This document shows positions 56,164-64,000 of a stretch of 64,000 nt of DNA, piece by piece. This DNA is from Candidatus Nealsonbacteria bacterium. GTDB taxonomy: Bacteria > Patescibacteriota > Minisyncoccia > Minisyncoccales > MHMH01. Position 1 is the first letter of the stretch, and each line of letters opens with the position of its first letter. The notes beneath the pieces are model-generated. The model was not told where the DNA came from. It saw only the letters and a program-made list of their open reading frames with translations, and searched no databases. Position numbers and translations under genes: made by a program. The stretch is taken from assembly GCA_016188865.1 (NCBI GenBank), contig JACPGX010000001.1, positions 205,197-269,196 of the forward strand. The letters run 5' to 3'.

Positions 56164-57517
56164 TTTCTTCCTCCTTTTTTTGCTGATAACGCTTTTGGTA
56201 TTCTACGCTTTGGTCTGGAAAATTTTTGTAATCTATGAAAGGCTCTCTTTCTTGGTCTGGAGGCAAAAATTCAGAACAAATCTTTTTGCCTTCCAAAACT
56301 AAACGGATATCAGTGGCCTTATCAACAACCAATCTTTGCACTTCGCGAATAAACTTATTGCCCAGAGGAACATTACCTTCATCGGCTTCCCTTTGAAGAA
56401 TAACTGCCTCAATTTTCCTAAGGTAGGGCAAAAGCCGAGACCAGGAATTGTCTATTGCATATAAATCATTTAACCATTCTTTGTCAGGGTAAAGGCATTC
56501 TTCTAAAAGATACTTAAGGGATTCTTTTCTGGCCAAATTGTATTTTTCCTGTCCGGGAATCTCATAAATAGCTTCGGGATTAAGCAGGGAGTTAAACTTT
56601 CTTAAAATTTGTACCAATTCCGCTTCAAAATTTTCGTACAGCGAAATGATAGTTGAATGAACTGGCGTCACGTTAAGCGAGCTTCTTTCTGGCTGGGGAT
56701 ATTTCCAGTAAGCAGTGGTTAAAAGCAAGCCCAAATTAAGATATTGCAAAAAATAAATCAATTGAGCCAAGTTTCCCTGGCTTATTTCCGGAGATACATG
56801 GAAAAGATAATCAATCCGATGCCGAGCTATATTAATTTCATTCAATGCTTTAACTTCTGCGCCCCTGATGACTAAGCCGTAAGAAGCTCCATGGTCTCTT
56901 TTGGGCACATCTTTAAATGTTGTAAAATGATCGAGGTTAACAGAAATAATAAACAAAGCTAAGGCAATAAACTTGGCGCGATGCTGATATTTATTAAAAC
57001 CAGTATCAAAACCAACTGATATTTGTATTTCGCCTGCCTTAATGAGCCTTGCTTTTATTTGGCTGGCCAATGCTTGGGAATCGACTGTCGGCTGAAAACA
57101 GTGCTTTTCTCTTCCTTGGCCGGGATAAATTTTAGCCCCTAAAGTCACAAAAGATAAAAGCTGCCGGCTATTATTTAGAGAAGAAAATATGATTGAACCT
57201 GGCCAGTAAGGCGAATTAGCTAAAGCTTGGGCTGCTGCCTCACGGACACCAGGGTCTGGATCATATTTTGAGGCCTTCTTTAATGACGGGATTGCTTCCA
57301 GAGAGCCGATTACTCCCAAGGCCTCGGCTGCTTTCTCGCGGACAAAATAATACTGATCTGTTTCCAAAACTTCGATTAAAGCTTTGGTTGCTTCCGAAGA
57401 GCCGATTACTCCCAAGGCCTTAGCTGCTTCGTAACGGCTAAAATTATCTCCCTTGTTTAATTGATGCAAAAGACTTTTAATACTGGCCTTACTCGCCTTT
57501 TCTTTCTTATTTTCCAT
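56156..57517 (-). CDS. HEAT (PBS-lyase-like) repeat protein with unknown C-terminal domain
   Basis: R..AA.ALG.IGS.EA repeats. Start at ATG 57517 after GGAGG. Confidence 0.75.
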   Translation of the reverse strand: MENKKEKASKASIKSLLHQLNKGDNFSRYEAAKALGVIGSSEATKALIEVLETDQYYFVREKAAEALGVIGSLEAIPSLKKASKYDPDPGVREAAAQALANSPYWPGSIIFSSLNNSRQLLSFVTLGAKIYPGQGREKHCFQPTVDSQALASQIKARLIKAGEIQISVGFDTGFNKYQHRAKFIALALFIISVNLDHFTTFKDVPKRDHGASYGLVIRGAEVKALNEINIARHRIDYLFHVSPEISQGNLAQLIYFLQYLNLGLLLTTAYWKYPQPERSSLNVTPVHSTIISLYENFEAELVQILRKFNSLLNPEAIYEIPGQEKYNLARKESLKYLLEECLYPDKEWLNDLYAIDNSWSRLLPYLRKIEAVILQREADEGNVPLGNKFIREVQRLVVDKATDIRLVLEGKKICSEFLPPDQEREPFIDYKNFPDQSVEYQKRYQQKKEEENA

Positions 57518-57590
57518 CGCCGTCATTCCTCCACAAATTTCAATGTACTCTAATAACTTAATAGCACTAAGGGAAAACCCGGTCAACAAA

Positions 57591-57621
57591 AAAACTGACG
57601 AGAACCATTCTCGGCAGTTTT
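57591..57621. repeat. Palindrome C, degenerate solo copy
   Basis: AAAACTGACGAGAACCATTCTCGGCAGTTTT; 2 mismatches to 50577-50607. Confidence 0.9.
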
Positions 57622-57670
57622 AATTATTTATAAAGGCACTCTAAAATTCATTTAAGGAGGGTTGCTACTG

Positions 57671-57958
57671 CTACCACCCAGAGTTGCTGCTGCTACTACC
57701 CCAAAAATAAACGTCACTAAGTTTTATTATTACGAAGGATATAAGACTGCTAAAAAAAGAAATGCCTCCGACGAATATTATGATATTACTTATGTTATGG
57801 AGAAGTTCGCTCTGGAACATGAACCTTAATACTGCGCCCACACCAATCAGGAATACATTTGAAAATATCAAGATATAAAATATCTTATCTATCTTCTTGT
57901 TCATCCTCTTATAGTTCTCGTAAATTTGCCGTGATTCTTCATCAATTTCATGGGCCAT
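57671..57958 (-). CDS. Small two-TM hypothetical protein
   Basis: GGAGGTG SD; two hydrophobic segments. Confidence 0.7.
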   Translation of the reverse strand: MAHEIDEESRQIYENYKRMNKKIDKIFYILIFSNVFLIGVGAVLRFMFQSELLHNISNIIIFVGGISFFSSLISFVIIKLSDVYFWGSSSSNSGW

Positions 57959-58041
57959 ATTATATTCACCTCCTTTTTAATGTGCCGCATAATTATAGAG
58001 TACATCTTAGTTCAACGCAAAAAATCTGTCAAGACATCGTA

Positions 58042-58087
58042 TTACGAGACCCGGACTCGTAAAAAATTACGAGTCCGGATCTCGTAA
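58042..58087. repeat. Inverted doublet of 21-bp palindromes related to family B
   Basis: TTACGAGACCCGGACTCGTAA-AAAA-TTACGAGTCCGGATCTCGTAA. Confidence 0.85.
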
Positions 58088-58185
58088 AACTAGCGGAAAC
58101 CGAAACAACAAAAAAGGACGCTAGGCGTCCTTTGATTGTTTATTCTACTGATCGAGAGTATTTGGCGGCCTTTTGTTTTTACCCT

Positions 58186-58500
58186 TCAGTCAACCAAGGC
58201 TCTTCGGCTTCGATGGCGTCCCAATAAATCGTACAATTTCTGAATTGGTTTTGAAAAAAATCGGAACCCCCTATCTCTTAATTCAATCTCTCTCCCCTCA
58301 TTCTCAACGCGCAGGCACAAATCCGGGGAGGTAGATACCCAGCCACAAATACTTTCACCATGGTAGTATCTCAACGACAAACCATAACCTTCAAATTCGG
58401 TATGCCACACATCAGACCACGCGTCACCCCCTCGAAGCCACTGAAGTTCTCCGCTCCTAGTTTTTTCAATGACCATCTTCAGTAGTCTTGAATTATTCAT
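58186..58500 (-). CDS. Hypothetical protein
   Basis: GAGGAGG SD; promoter TTGACA-17-TATATT at 58564-58536. Confidence 0.7.
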   Translation of the reverse strand: MNNSRLLKMVIEKTRSGELQWLRGGDAWSDVWHTEFEGYGLSLRYYHGESICGWVSTSPDLCLRVENEGREIELRDRGFRFFSKPIQKLYDLLGRHRSRRALVD

Positions 58501-58594
58501 TCTCTCCTCCTCTCATTTTTTTTACACCATATGACAATATATACCCATTCATTGAATATGTCAAATCGAATGGAATCGTCAACAAAAAAGGACG

Positions 58595-59605
58595 CTAAGC
58601 GTCCTTTGTGAGTTCTTTTAATTTTTCAATAAATGCCGGTAAAACTTCCTGCCACCGACCGACTATTCCGAAATCAGCTTCTTTAAAGATATTGGCTTCC
58701 GGATCGCTATTAATTGCCACAATAACTTTGGCTCCGGAGCAGCCAGCCAAATGCTGACTCGACCCGGAAACTCCGACAACGATGTAAAGATCGGGGACGA
58801 CAATTTTGCCGGTAAGGCCGATCTGCAGACTAGCAGGCATCCAACCCTGATCGCAAGGAGGCCGACTGGCGCCCACTGCTCCTTTTAGCACCCTAGCTAA
58901 TTCCTCTAATTTCTTAAAACCTTCCGGCCCGCCTATGCCCCGGCCGCCGCAAACAATCACTTTAGCTGCTTCTAGTTTAACTCCGGAGTATTCTTCGATT
59001 TTCTTGCCAATGACCTTTGTTTTTAATTCAGCTTGTAGTACGGCCGGATCTATTATAATGCATTCTATCACCTGACCTGTTCTCTTTTCATCTCTTGGCA
59101 AAGGAGAAAATGCTTTCTGCCTGACTGTGGCCATTTGCGGAAAGAAATCCGAAGCAAAGACTGCCCTGGCACTGCCGCCGTAAACCGGCTTTGTCATCAA
59201 AAGATTTTTTTTAGCAGAATCAATGCTTAGCTCGAGGCAATCGGTCACTAAGCCAACTCTCAACCTGAAAGCTAATCTGGGGGCTAAGTCTCTGCCCATA
59301 GCCGTCTGGCCAAAAAGCAAAATATTTGGAAGCCCCATGCTCACCATTTGTTCCAGTGCATACAGATAAGTTTCTGCCTGATAATTATCGAGCAAAGAAT
59401 TCTGGACAAGGTAAACTCTATCTGCTCCCAAAGCAATAACTTCTTGAGAAAAATCGCTTGCTCTGCTGCCAAATAAAACACAGGAAACTTTTTCTTTAAG
59501 GCTATCGGCAAGCAATCTAGCGCATGCTAAAAGTTCTGCGGTAACTGAATTTAATTTTCCTTCGCTAACTTCTCCTAAAACCATTATTCCTTTATATTCT
59601 CTCAT
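58595..59605 (-). CDS. etfA: Electron transfer flavoprotein alpha subunit
   Basis: GRDLAPR, CGGRG, VGASRP, QIGLTGK, GVSGSSQH, INSDPEANIF. Confidence 0.95.
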   Translation of the reverse strand: MREYKGIMVLGEVSEGKLNSVTAELLACARLLADSLKEKVSCVLFGSRASDFSQEVIALGADRVYLVQNSLLDNYQAETYLYALEQMVSMGLPNILLFGQTAMGRDLAPRLAFRLRVGLVTDCLELSIDSAKKNLLMTKPVYGGSARAVFASDFFPQMATVRQKAFSPLPRDEKRTGQVIECIIIDPAVLQAELKTKVIGKKIEEYSGVKLEAAKVIVCGGRGIGGPEGFKKLEELARVLKGAVGASRPPCDQGWMPASLQIGLTGKIVVPDLYIVVGVSGSSQHLAGCSGAKVIVAINSDPEANIFKEADFGIVGRWQEVLPAFIEKLKELTKDA

Positions 59606-59615
59606 AACTGCCTCC

Positions 59616-60395
59616 TCAAACCGCCTTTGCTTCGCGCAGTTTTAAAGCAAGCTTTGCGCCGGCTTCGGCCGGATTGTCAGCCTTCACCATTTGGCACTGT
59701 TTTTCCTTGATTGGCTGAAAGACTTTAAGGAGTTTAGAATGCGGAACGTCCAAGCTAATATCGGTTTTATTCCAAATAGTGGGCGTTTTCTTTTTGGCGG
59801 CCAGCACTCCCTTAACGCTGGCATACCTCGGATCTCCCAGTTCATTGGTTACGGTAATTAAAGCGGGCAAAATAGTTTCAATGGTTTCGTAACCGTCGGG
59901 AAGCAGGCGCTCTATCCTGACCTTAGTGTCAACTATTTCAATTTGTTTGGCTAAAGTTACTGCAGGAATTCCCAAAAATTCGGCAATGCCTATGCCGACT
60001 TGGCCGTTATCCCAATCAGCTGCCTGCCTGCCGCAAAGAATTAAATCGTATCTGCCGATTTTTCTAATAGCTGCTGCCAAAGCATGAGCCGCAGCCCAGC
60101 TATCAAGCCCATCAAAAGCCTCGTCTTCCAAAAGAATTAATTCGTCAGCTCCCATGGCTAAAGGTTTTTTAACCACTTCTCTGACAAAATTATTTCCTAA
60201 GCTCAAAATGGTAATTTTGCCTGATAATTTATCTTTAATGCGTAAAGCCGCTTCAACAGCGTGCATGTCAAAGGGACTGATAACCGAAGCTGTTCCGGAC
60301 GGCGTAATTATTTTTTTACCGGTTTCGTCTATCTTTAAATTCGAAGGCGGAATTTCAGGGTCAATTATCTGCTTGCAGCAAACAATTATATCCAT
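59616..60395 (-). CDS. etfB: Electron transfer flavoprotein beta subunit
   Basis: IIVCCKQ, PFD..AVEAAL, LAMGAD, CGRQAAD, PRYAS. Confidence 0.95.
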   Translation of the reverse strand: MDIIVCCKQIIDPEIPPSNLKIDETGKKIITPSGTASVISPFDMHAVEAALRIKDKLSGKITILSLGNNFVREVVKKPLAMGADELILLEDEAFDGLDSWAAAHALAAAIRKIGRYDLILCGRQAADWDNGQVGIGIAEFLGIPAVTLAKQIEIVDTKVRIERLLPDGYETIETILPALITVTNELGDPRYASVKGVLAAKKKTPTIWNKTDISLDVPHSKLLKVFQPIKEKQCQMVKADNPAEAGAKLALKLREAKAV

Positions 60396-61120
60396 TAAAA
60401 CTTTACCTCCTTTATGCCTTGCATCAATTCGGGAAAACCATCGCCATTGAGCGAATTGACTTTATAAAGCTTTTTGCTTTGGCCAAAGTGCGTTGTCAAA
60501 TCTTGAAAAGCCTGATCTGCTTTCGGCGAATCGGATCTGTTCAAAACAATTATATCGGCTGTTTCAATAACGCCGCCCTTAAACAGCTGAATCTCATCTC
60601 CGATGTCGGGCGAGGTTACGTAAATCAAGGCCCTCACTTGCTCCCTGAATCCTAAATTTTCCTGGCCGGAACCGACGGTTTCAACAATGATAACGTCTTT
60701 TCCCATAGCACCGAAAATCTTGATCAGGTAGGAAATTTCCGGACTCGCTCCCTTAAAATTCTGGCGCTGGGTCAAACTCCTGATAAAAACTTGTTCTTTG
60801 CCGGCGTGCTCCTGCATCCTGATTCTGTCGCCCAAAAAAGAGCCGTCAGAAATAGACACCGGGTCGCAGCATAAAATGCCGATGCTTTTTTGCTCTTTCA
60901 AAAAATAATGAATTAATTTATTTATCAAAGTGCTTTTGCCCACGCCGCCAGAACCAGTAACTCCAATCAAAAGAGTCTTATCTGGCAAAGTAAGCTTGGA
61001 AACCATTCTCTTGGCTGTTTTGTTGTCCCATTGAATTTTGCTCATTAATCTACTGGCCGCCAAAGCCTCTCCATTTTTCGTTCTTTCAAGCAAATCTTTG
61101 ACAGAGCCTCTTTTTGCCAT
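60395..61120 (-). CDS. MeaB/ArgK-family G3E GTPase
   Basis: IGVTGSGGVGKST, DP, GSFLGDRIRM, FIRS, IVETVG.GQ, GDEIQ..K.G. Start at ATG 61120. Confidence 0.88.
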   Translation of the reverse strand: MAKRGSVKDLLERTKNGEALAASRLMSKIQWDNKTAKRMVSKLTLPDKTLLIGVTGSGGVGKSTLINKLIHYFLKEQKSIGILCCDPVSISDGSFLGDRIRMQEHAGKEQVFIRSLTQRQNFKGASPEISYLIKIFGAMGKDVIIVETVGSGQENLGFREQVRALIYVTSPDIGDEIQLFKGGVIETADIIVLNRSDSPKADQAFQDLTTHFGQSKKLYKVNSLNGDGFPELMQGIKEVKF

Positions 61121-61331
61121 TTTGTTCTCCTTTGCGGTTATTTTCAAAGTTCTCTAAAATTTTTAACACAACTTCGAGCAAAAGAAAAGCCCCGGATTTC
61201 TCCAGAGCTTTATGAAACTAAAAAATGATTTATTGGCCTAAAATTTCCTGGCCCATCTTTGAAAATTTAGAGGAGGCCGTTATGCGCTGCCAGAAGATGG
61301 AAAGTTTTTCTTGAGCTTAACCAGTAAACAA

Positions 61332-61357
61332 AAAGCGATCTCTTGCGAGATCGCTTT
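61332..61357 (-). terminator. Intrinsic terminator
   Basis: AAAGCGATCTC-GCAA-GAGATCGCTTTTT on the minus strand. Confidence 0.8.
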
Positions 61358-61363
61358 AAATTT

Positions 61364-63316
61364 TCAATCTTCCTGAAGCTCGAGAATGTTTTTGTAAAAC
61401 TCCAGAGCTTCCGGATTAGCAATGGCATTTAAATTCTTAATGGGTTTGCCGTGAATGGCGTTCTTAACTGCTGATGCCACCTTTTTCCCGTTAAAAGTAT
61501 AGGGAATGTCGGGAACTGCAATAACTTTTGCCGGAACATGGCGCGGCGTAGCGTTTTCCCTGATTCTCAACTTAATCTTATTAACCAGCTCTTCTGTCAA
61601 CTCAATGCCTTCTTTCATTTTAACAAAAAGAATAACCCTATTATCTCCCTGCCAATCCTGACCGACAGCTATGCTATCTGAAACTTCTTGGATTGTTTCC
61701 ATCTGGCGGTAAATCTCGGCTGTGCCGATTCTCACTCCAGCCGGCTTTAGGGTATCATCCGACCTGCCGTAAATTACCATACTACCGGTTTTAGTAATTT
61801 TTGCGATATCGCCATGGCACCAAATACCGGGGTATTTCTCAAAATAGGCCTCTTGATACTTTTGATTATTTTGATCGTTCCAGAAAAAAAGAGGCGCTGA
61901 AGGAAAGGGAGCGGTGCAAACCAGCTCACCTTGCTGTTCTGCGATTGAATTTCCCTCATCATCAAAAACTTCCACTTTCATGCCCAAAGCGCGGCACTGG
62001 AGTTCGCCCGAATAAACCGGCAAAAGAGAATTTCCCAGAGCAAAACATCCGTTAAGATCAGTGCCGCCGGAAATGGAAGCCAATAAAACGTCTTTTTTGA
62101 TATCGCGATAAACATACTCAAAGCTTGCTTCAGAAAGCGGGGAACCGGTAGATAAAATAGTCTGCAAACTTTGCAAATTGTATTGCCAGCCGGGTTTTGC
62201 TCCTCTCTTTTCCAATTCGGAAAGATATTTGGCGCTTGTTCCAAAAATCGTTATTTTCAAATCTTCCGCCAGCTGAAAGAGAGCGCCCGTATCGGGATAA
62301 AACGGCGAACCGTCGAAAAGAACAATGGTTGCTCCGAGCGCCAAAGAACTGACCAGCCAATTCCACATCATCCAGCCGCAAGTGGTGTAATAAAAGATGA
62401 CATCGTCTGCTTTTACATCGGTGTGGAGCTTTAACTCTTTGAAATGATTAATTAAAACGCCCGACCCCTGAACTATGCATTTCGGCAAGCCGGTTGTGCC
62501 CGAGGTATACATAATGTAAACCGGATGGTCAAAAGTAACCTGCTCAAAAACGCATTCGGCATTTCTATCTTGGGAAATAAAATCGTAAAAATTTACAGCT
62601 GAAGGCAGTCTGCTCACATCGGAATTTTTTTCTGCGTAAGGAACGACTATTATCTTTTCTAAAGACGGCAGGTTTTTTATTATTTCTGAAACTTTTTCCA
62701 AAGAGTTGAATTTTTTGCCGTTGTAGTAATAACCATCGGCGCAAAAAAGCATTTTCGGAAAAATTTGGGAAAAACGGTCCAAAGCTCCTTTAATTCCGAA
62801 ATCCGGAGAACAGCTTGACCAAACAGCTCCGATACTGGTTGTTGCCAGCATGGCAACTACGGTTTCTGGCATGTTAGGCAAAAAGCCTGCCACTCTATCG
62901 CCCTTTTGAATCCCCGACTCCCGCATTGATTTTGCCAGCCTTGCCGTTAATCCATAAAGCTCGTTATAGTTAACCTTTCTTATTTCTTGTCCCTCGCCTT
63001 TAAAAATTAAAGCTGGTTTTTGACCGCGAAAGCATAACAGATTTTCGGCGAAATTCAATTCCGCCCCCTCAAACCATTTCACTCCCGGCATCTGATTTTC
63101 ATCGCTAACTACTCTATGATAAAGCTTCGATGACTTGATATCGCAAAAATCCCAGACAGCCGACCAAAACTCTGAAATATTTTCTATTGACCATTGATAC
63201 AGCTCTTCATAGTTATGGATTTTTTTCCCGCGAGTCTTATCTAGGAAATCCGTGAATTTGGTTAAATTAGCATTTTGTTTTCTTTTTCGGGACGGACTCC
63301 AAAGCTTTTTTGCCAT
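61364..63316 (-). CDS. Acetoacetate-CoA ligase
   Basis: LNFAENLL, WSSCSPDFG, YTSGTTGLPKC, GWMMWNWL, SISGGTD, GVRIGTAEIY. Confidence 0.93.
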   Translation of the reverse strand: MAKKLWSPSRKRKQNANLTKFTDFLDKTRGKKIHNYEELYQWSIENISEFWSAVWDFCDIKSSKLYHRVVSDENQMPGVKWFEGAELNFAENLLCFRGQKPALIFKGEGQEIRKVNYNELYGLTARLAKSMRESGIQKGDRVAGFLPNMPETVVAMLATTSIGAVWSSCSPDFGIKGALDRFSQIFPKMLFCADGYYYNGKKFNSLEKVSEIIKNLPSLEKIIVVPYAEKNSDVSRLPSAVNFYDFISQDRNAECVFEQVTFDHPVYIMYTSGTTGLPKCIVQGSGVLINHFKELKLHTDVKADDVIFYYTTCGWMMWNWLVSSLALGATIVLFDGSPFYPDTGALFQLAEDLKITIFGTSAKYLSELEKRGAKPGWQYNLQSLQTILSTGSPLSEASFEYVYRDIKKDVLLASISGGTDLNGCFALGNSLLPVYSGELQCRALGMKVEVFDDEGNSIAEQQGELVCTAPFPSAPLFFWNDQNNQKYQEAYFEKYPGIWCHGDIAKITKTGSMVIYGRSDDTLKPAGVRIGTAEIYRQMETIQEVSDSIAVGQDWQGDNRVILFVKMKEGIELTEELVNKIKLRIRENATPRHVPAKVIAVPDIPYTFNGKKVASAVKNAIHGKPIKNLNAIANPEALEFYKNILELQED

Positions 63317-63317
63317 T

Positions 63318-63749
63318 CTAACCTCCTTTTGGATAAGCTGCGCAAGTGCCTTTGAGAAATTCTTCGGGAGAAGCGCCTTCTTTTACGGCGCACTCCATCA
63401 AAACCCAAGCTGCAAAATCAATGACAATGGTGGCCAAATTCCTCAAATGAACGCAGCCGGTTTCGCCGCCTAAAATATCTGAAACATCTTTTAATATGCC
63501 TTTTTTAATGACCAGCCCTTTTAATCTTTTAACTTTAACTAAAACTGTCGAACAAATATCGTGGGGAACTTTTTGCATTTCAGCTTTTGCTCTTATGATT
63601 TTACGTTCTTTGGGCTCTATCTCCAAACTAATGTGAATAAGATGGAAGCCGTCTAAAAGCTCTGATTCAACCAGCAAGTTGCCATTTTTCAATCTGTAAG
63701 CCCGCGGGCTGATGGCCCTCTGGGCAATCAATTCTTTGCCATTAGTCAT
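63318..63749 (-). CDS. DUF2889-like protein
   Basis: L.D.FH, P..IC, GG..GCVHL, L.GTC.AY. Confidence 0.7.
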   Translation of the reverse strand: MTNGKELIAQRAISPRAYRLKNGNLLVESELLDGFHLIHISLEIEPKERKIIRAKAEMQKVPHDICSTVLVKVKRLKGLVIKKGILKDVSDILGGETGCVHLRNLATIVIDFAAWVLMECAVKEGASPEEFLKGTCAAYPKGG

Positions 63750-63798
63750 TTCTTCCTCCTTATTTAACTGTAAAAGTTCTCACAACATTCTTGCATAA

Positions 63799-63831
63799 AA
63801 AAGCAGCTGCATCAACTATGCAACTGCTTTT
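63799..63831 (-). terminator. Intrinsic terminator-like hairpin
   Basis: AAAAGCAG.TGCAT...ATGCA.CTGCTTTT. Confidence 0.6.
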
Positions 63832-63841
63832 ATTTTTTTAT

Positions 63842-64000
63842 TTAACAATTGTCTCGGCGTAAAGAACGCGGCAGACGGTCTAGCCGGGAAATGGTTTCCA
63901 ACTCCGGTTTGCTAACCCAAAGAGTTCCCTCCATAACCAGATTGGTCAAAGCCGAACCTCTTTCCAGCCAAGATAACAAAGCAGCTGGATTCTCAACCGC
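63842..64000 (-). CDS. 3' end of an unidentified gene entering from the right edge
   Basis: Open frame AVENPAALL...RRDNC* ending just before the terminator. Confidence 0.45.
   Translation of the reverse strand, partial: AVENPAALLSWLERGSALTNLVMEGTLWVSKPELETISRLDRLPRSLRRDNC

Noticed and set aside
55994..56302. 102-aa plus-strand hydrophobic ORF
   Set aside because: It is the shadow of the Pro-rich peptide and the HEAT gene; the SD and terminator support the minus strand.
60020..60034. GCCTGCCTGCCG match to the PAGRQ palindrome in etfB
   Set aside because: It encodes the conserved EtfB CGRQA motif and only one arm is present.
1094..63473. Numerous short antisense or nested ORFs in the track
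   Set aside because: They overlap well-supported genes and lack motifs or ribosome-binding sites.
1..64000. Alternative genetic code (TGA recoded as Gly)
   Set aside because: Conserved genes are full length under code 11, and several (topA, parA, etfB) end correctly at TGA.

Overview
Bacterial chromosomal window, genetic code 11, with most genes on the minus strand. It is most consistent with a Patescibacteria/CPR (Parcubacteria-like) genome. That placement is inferred from the compact SD-less core genes, the ftsA-ftsZ/yqeY/rpsU/HIT/hisS/lepB/pth order, the shortened Mfd and a PaaX/Cas2-like orphan. Positions 1-44 kb are mostly housekeeping genes: ftsH, HtrA, intein-containing IscU, iscS, a glycan cluster, comEC, nrdJ, ftsZ/A, hisS, mfd, topA, rel, parAB, tRNA-Leu, tsaD/C, 2-oxoacid:ferredoxin oxidoreductase and glmS. 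Positions 44-64 kb hold an amino-acid/acyl-CoA catabolic cluster with ETF and a membrane Fe-S oxidoreductase. The main signals are: (1) three RAYT-type HUH transposase genes, each with its own palindrome upstream, downstream and in frame inside the gene at a homologous position; (2) many short palindromic repeats translated in frame within essential genes; (3) a PaaX/Cas2-like gene bracketed by inverted 36-bp palindromes; (4) an NYN RNase gene between a pseudoknotted ncRNA candidate and an antisense small-RNA candidate; (5) a four-way-junction leader RNA before a Nudix gene; (6) a boxA-like motif in about 12 mRNA leaders. All calls come from reading the sequence by eye; no searches were run.
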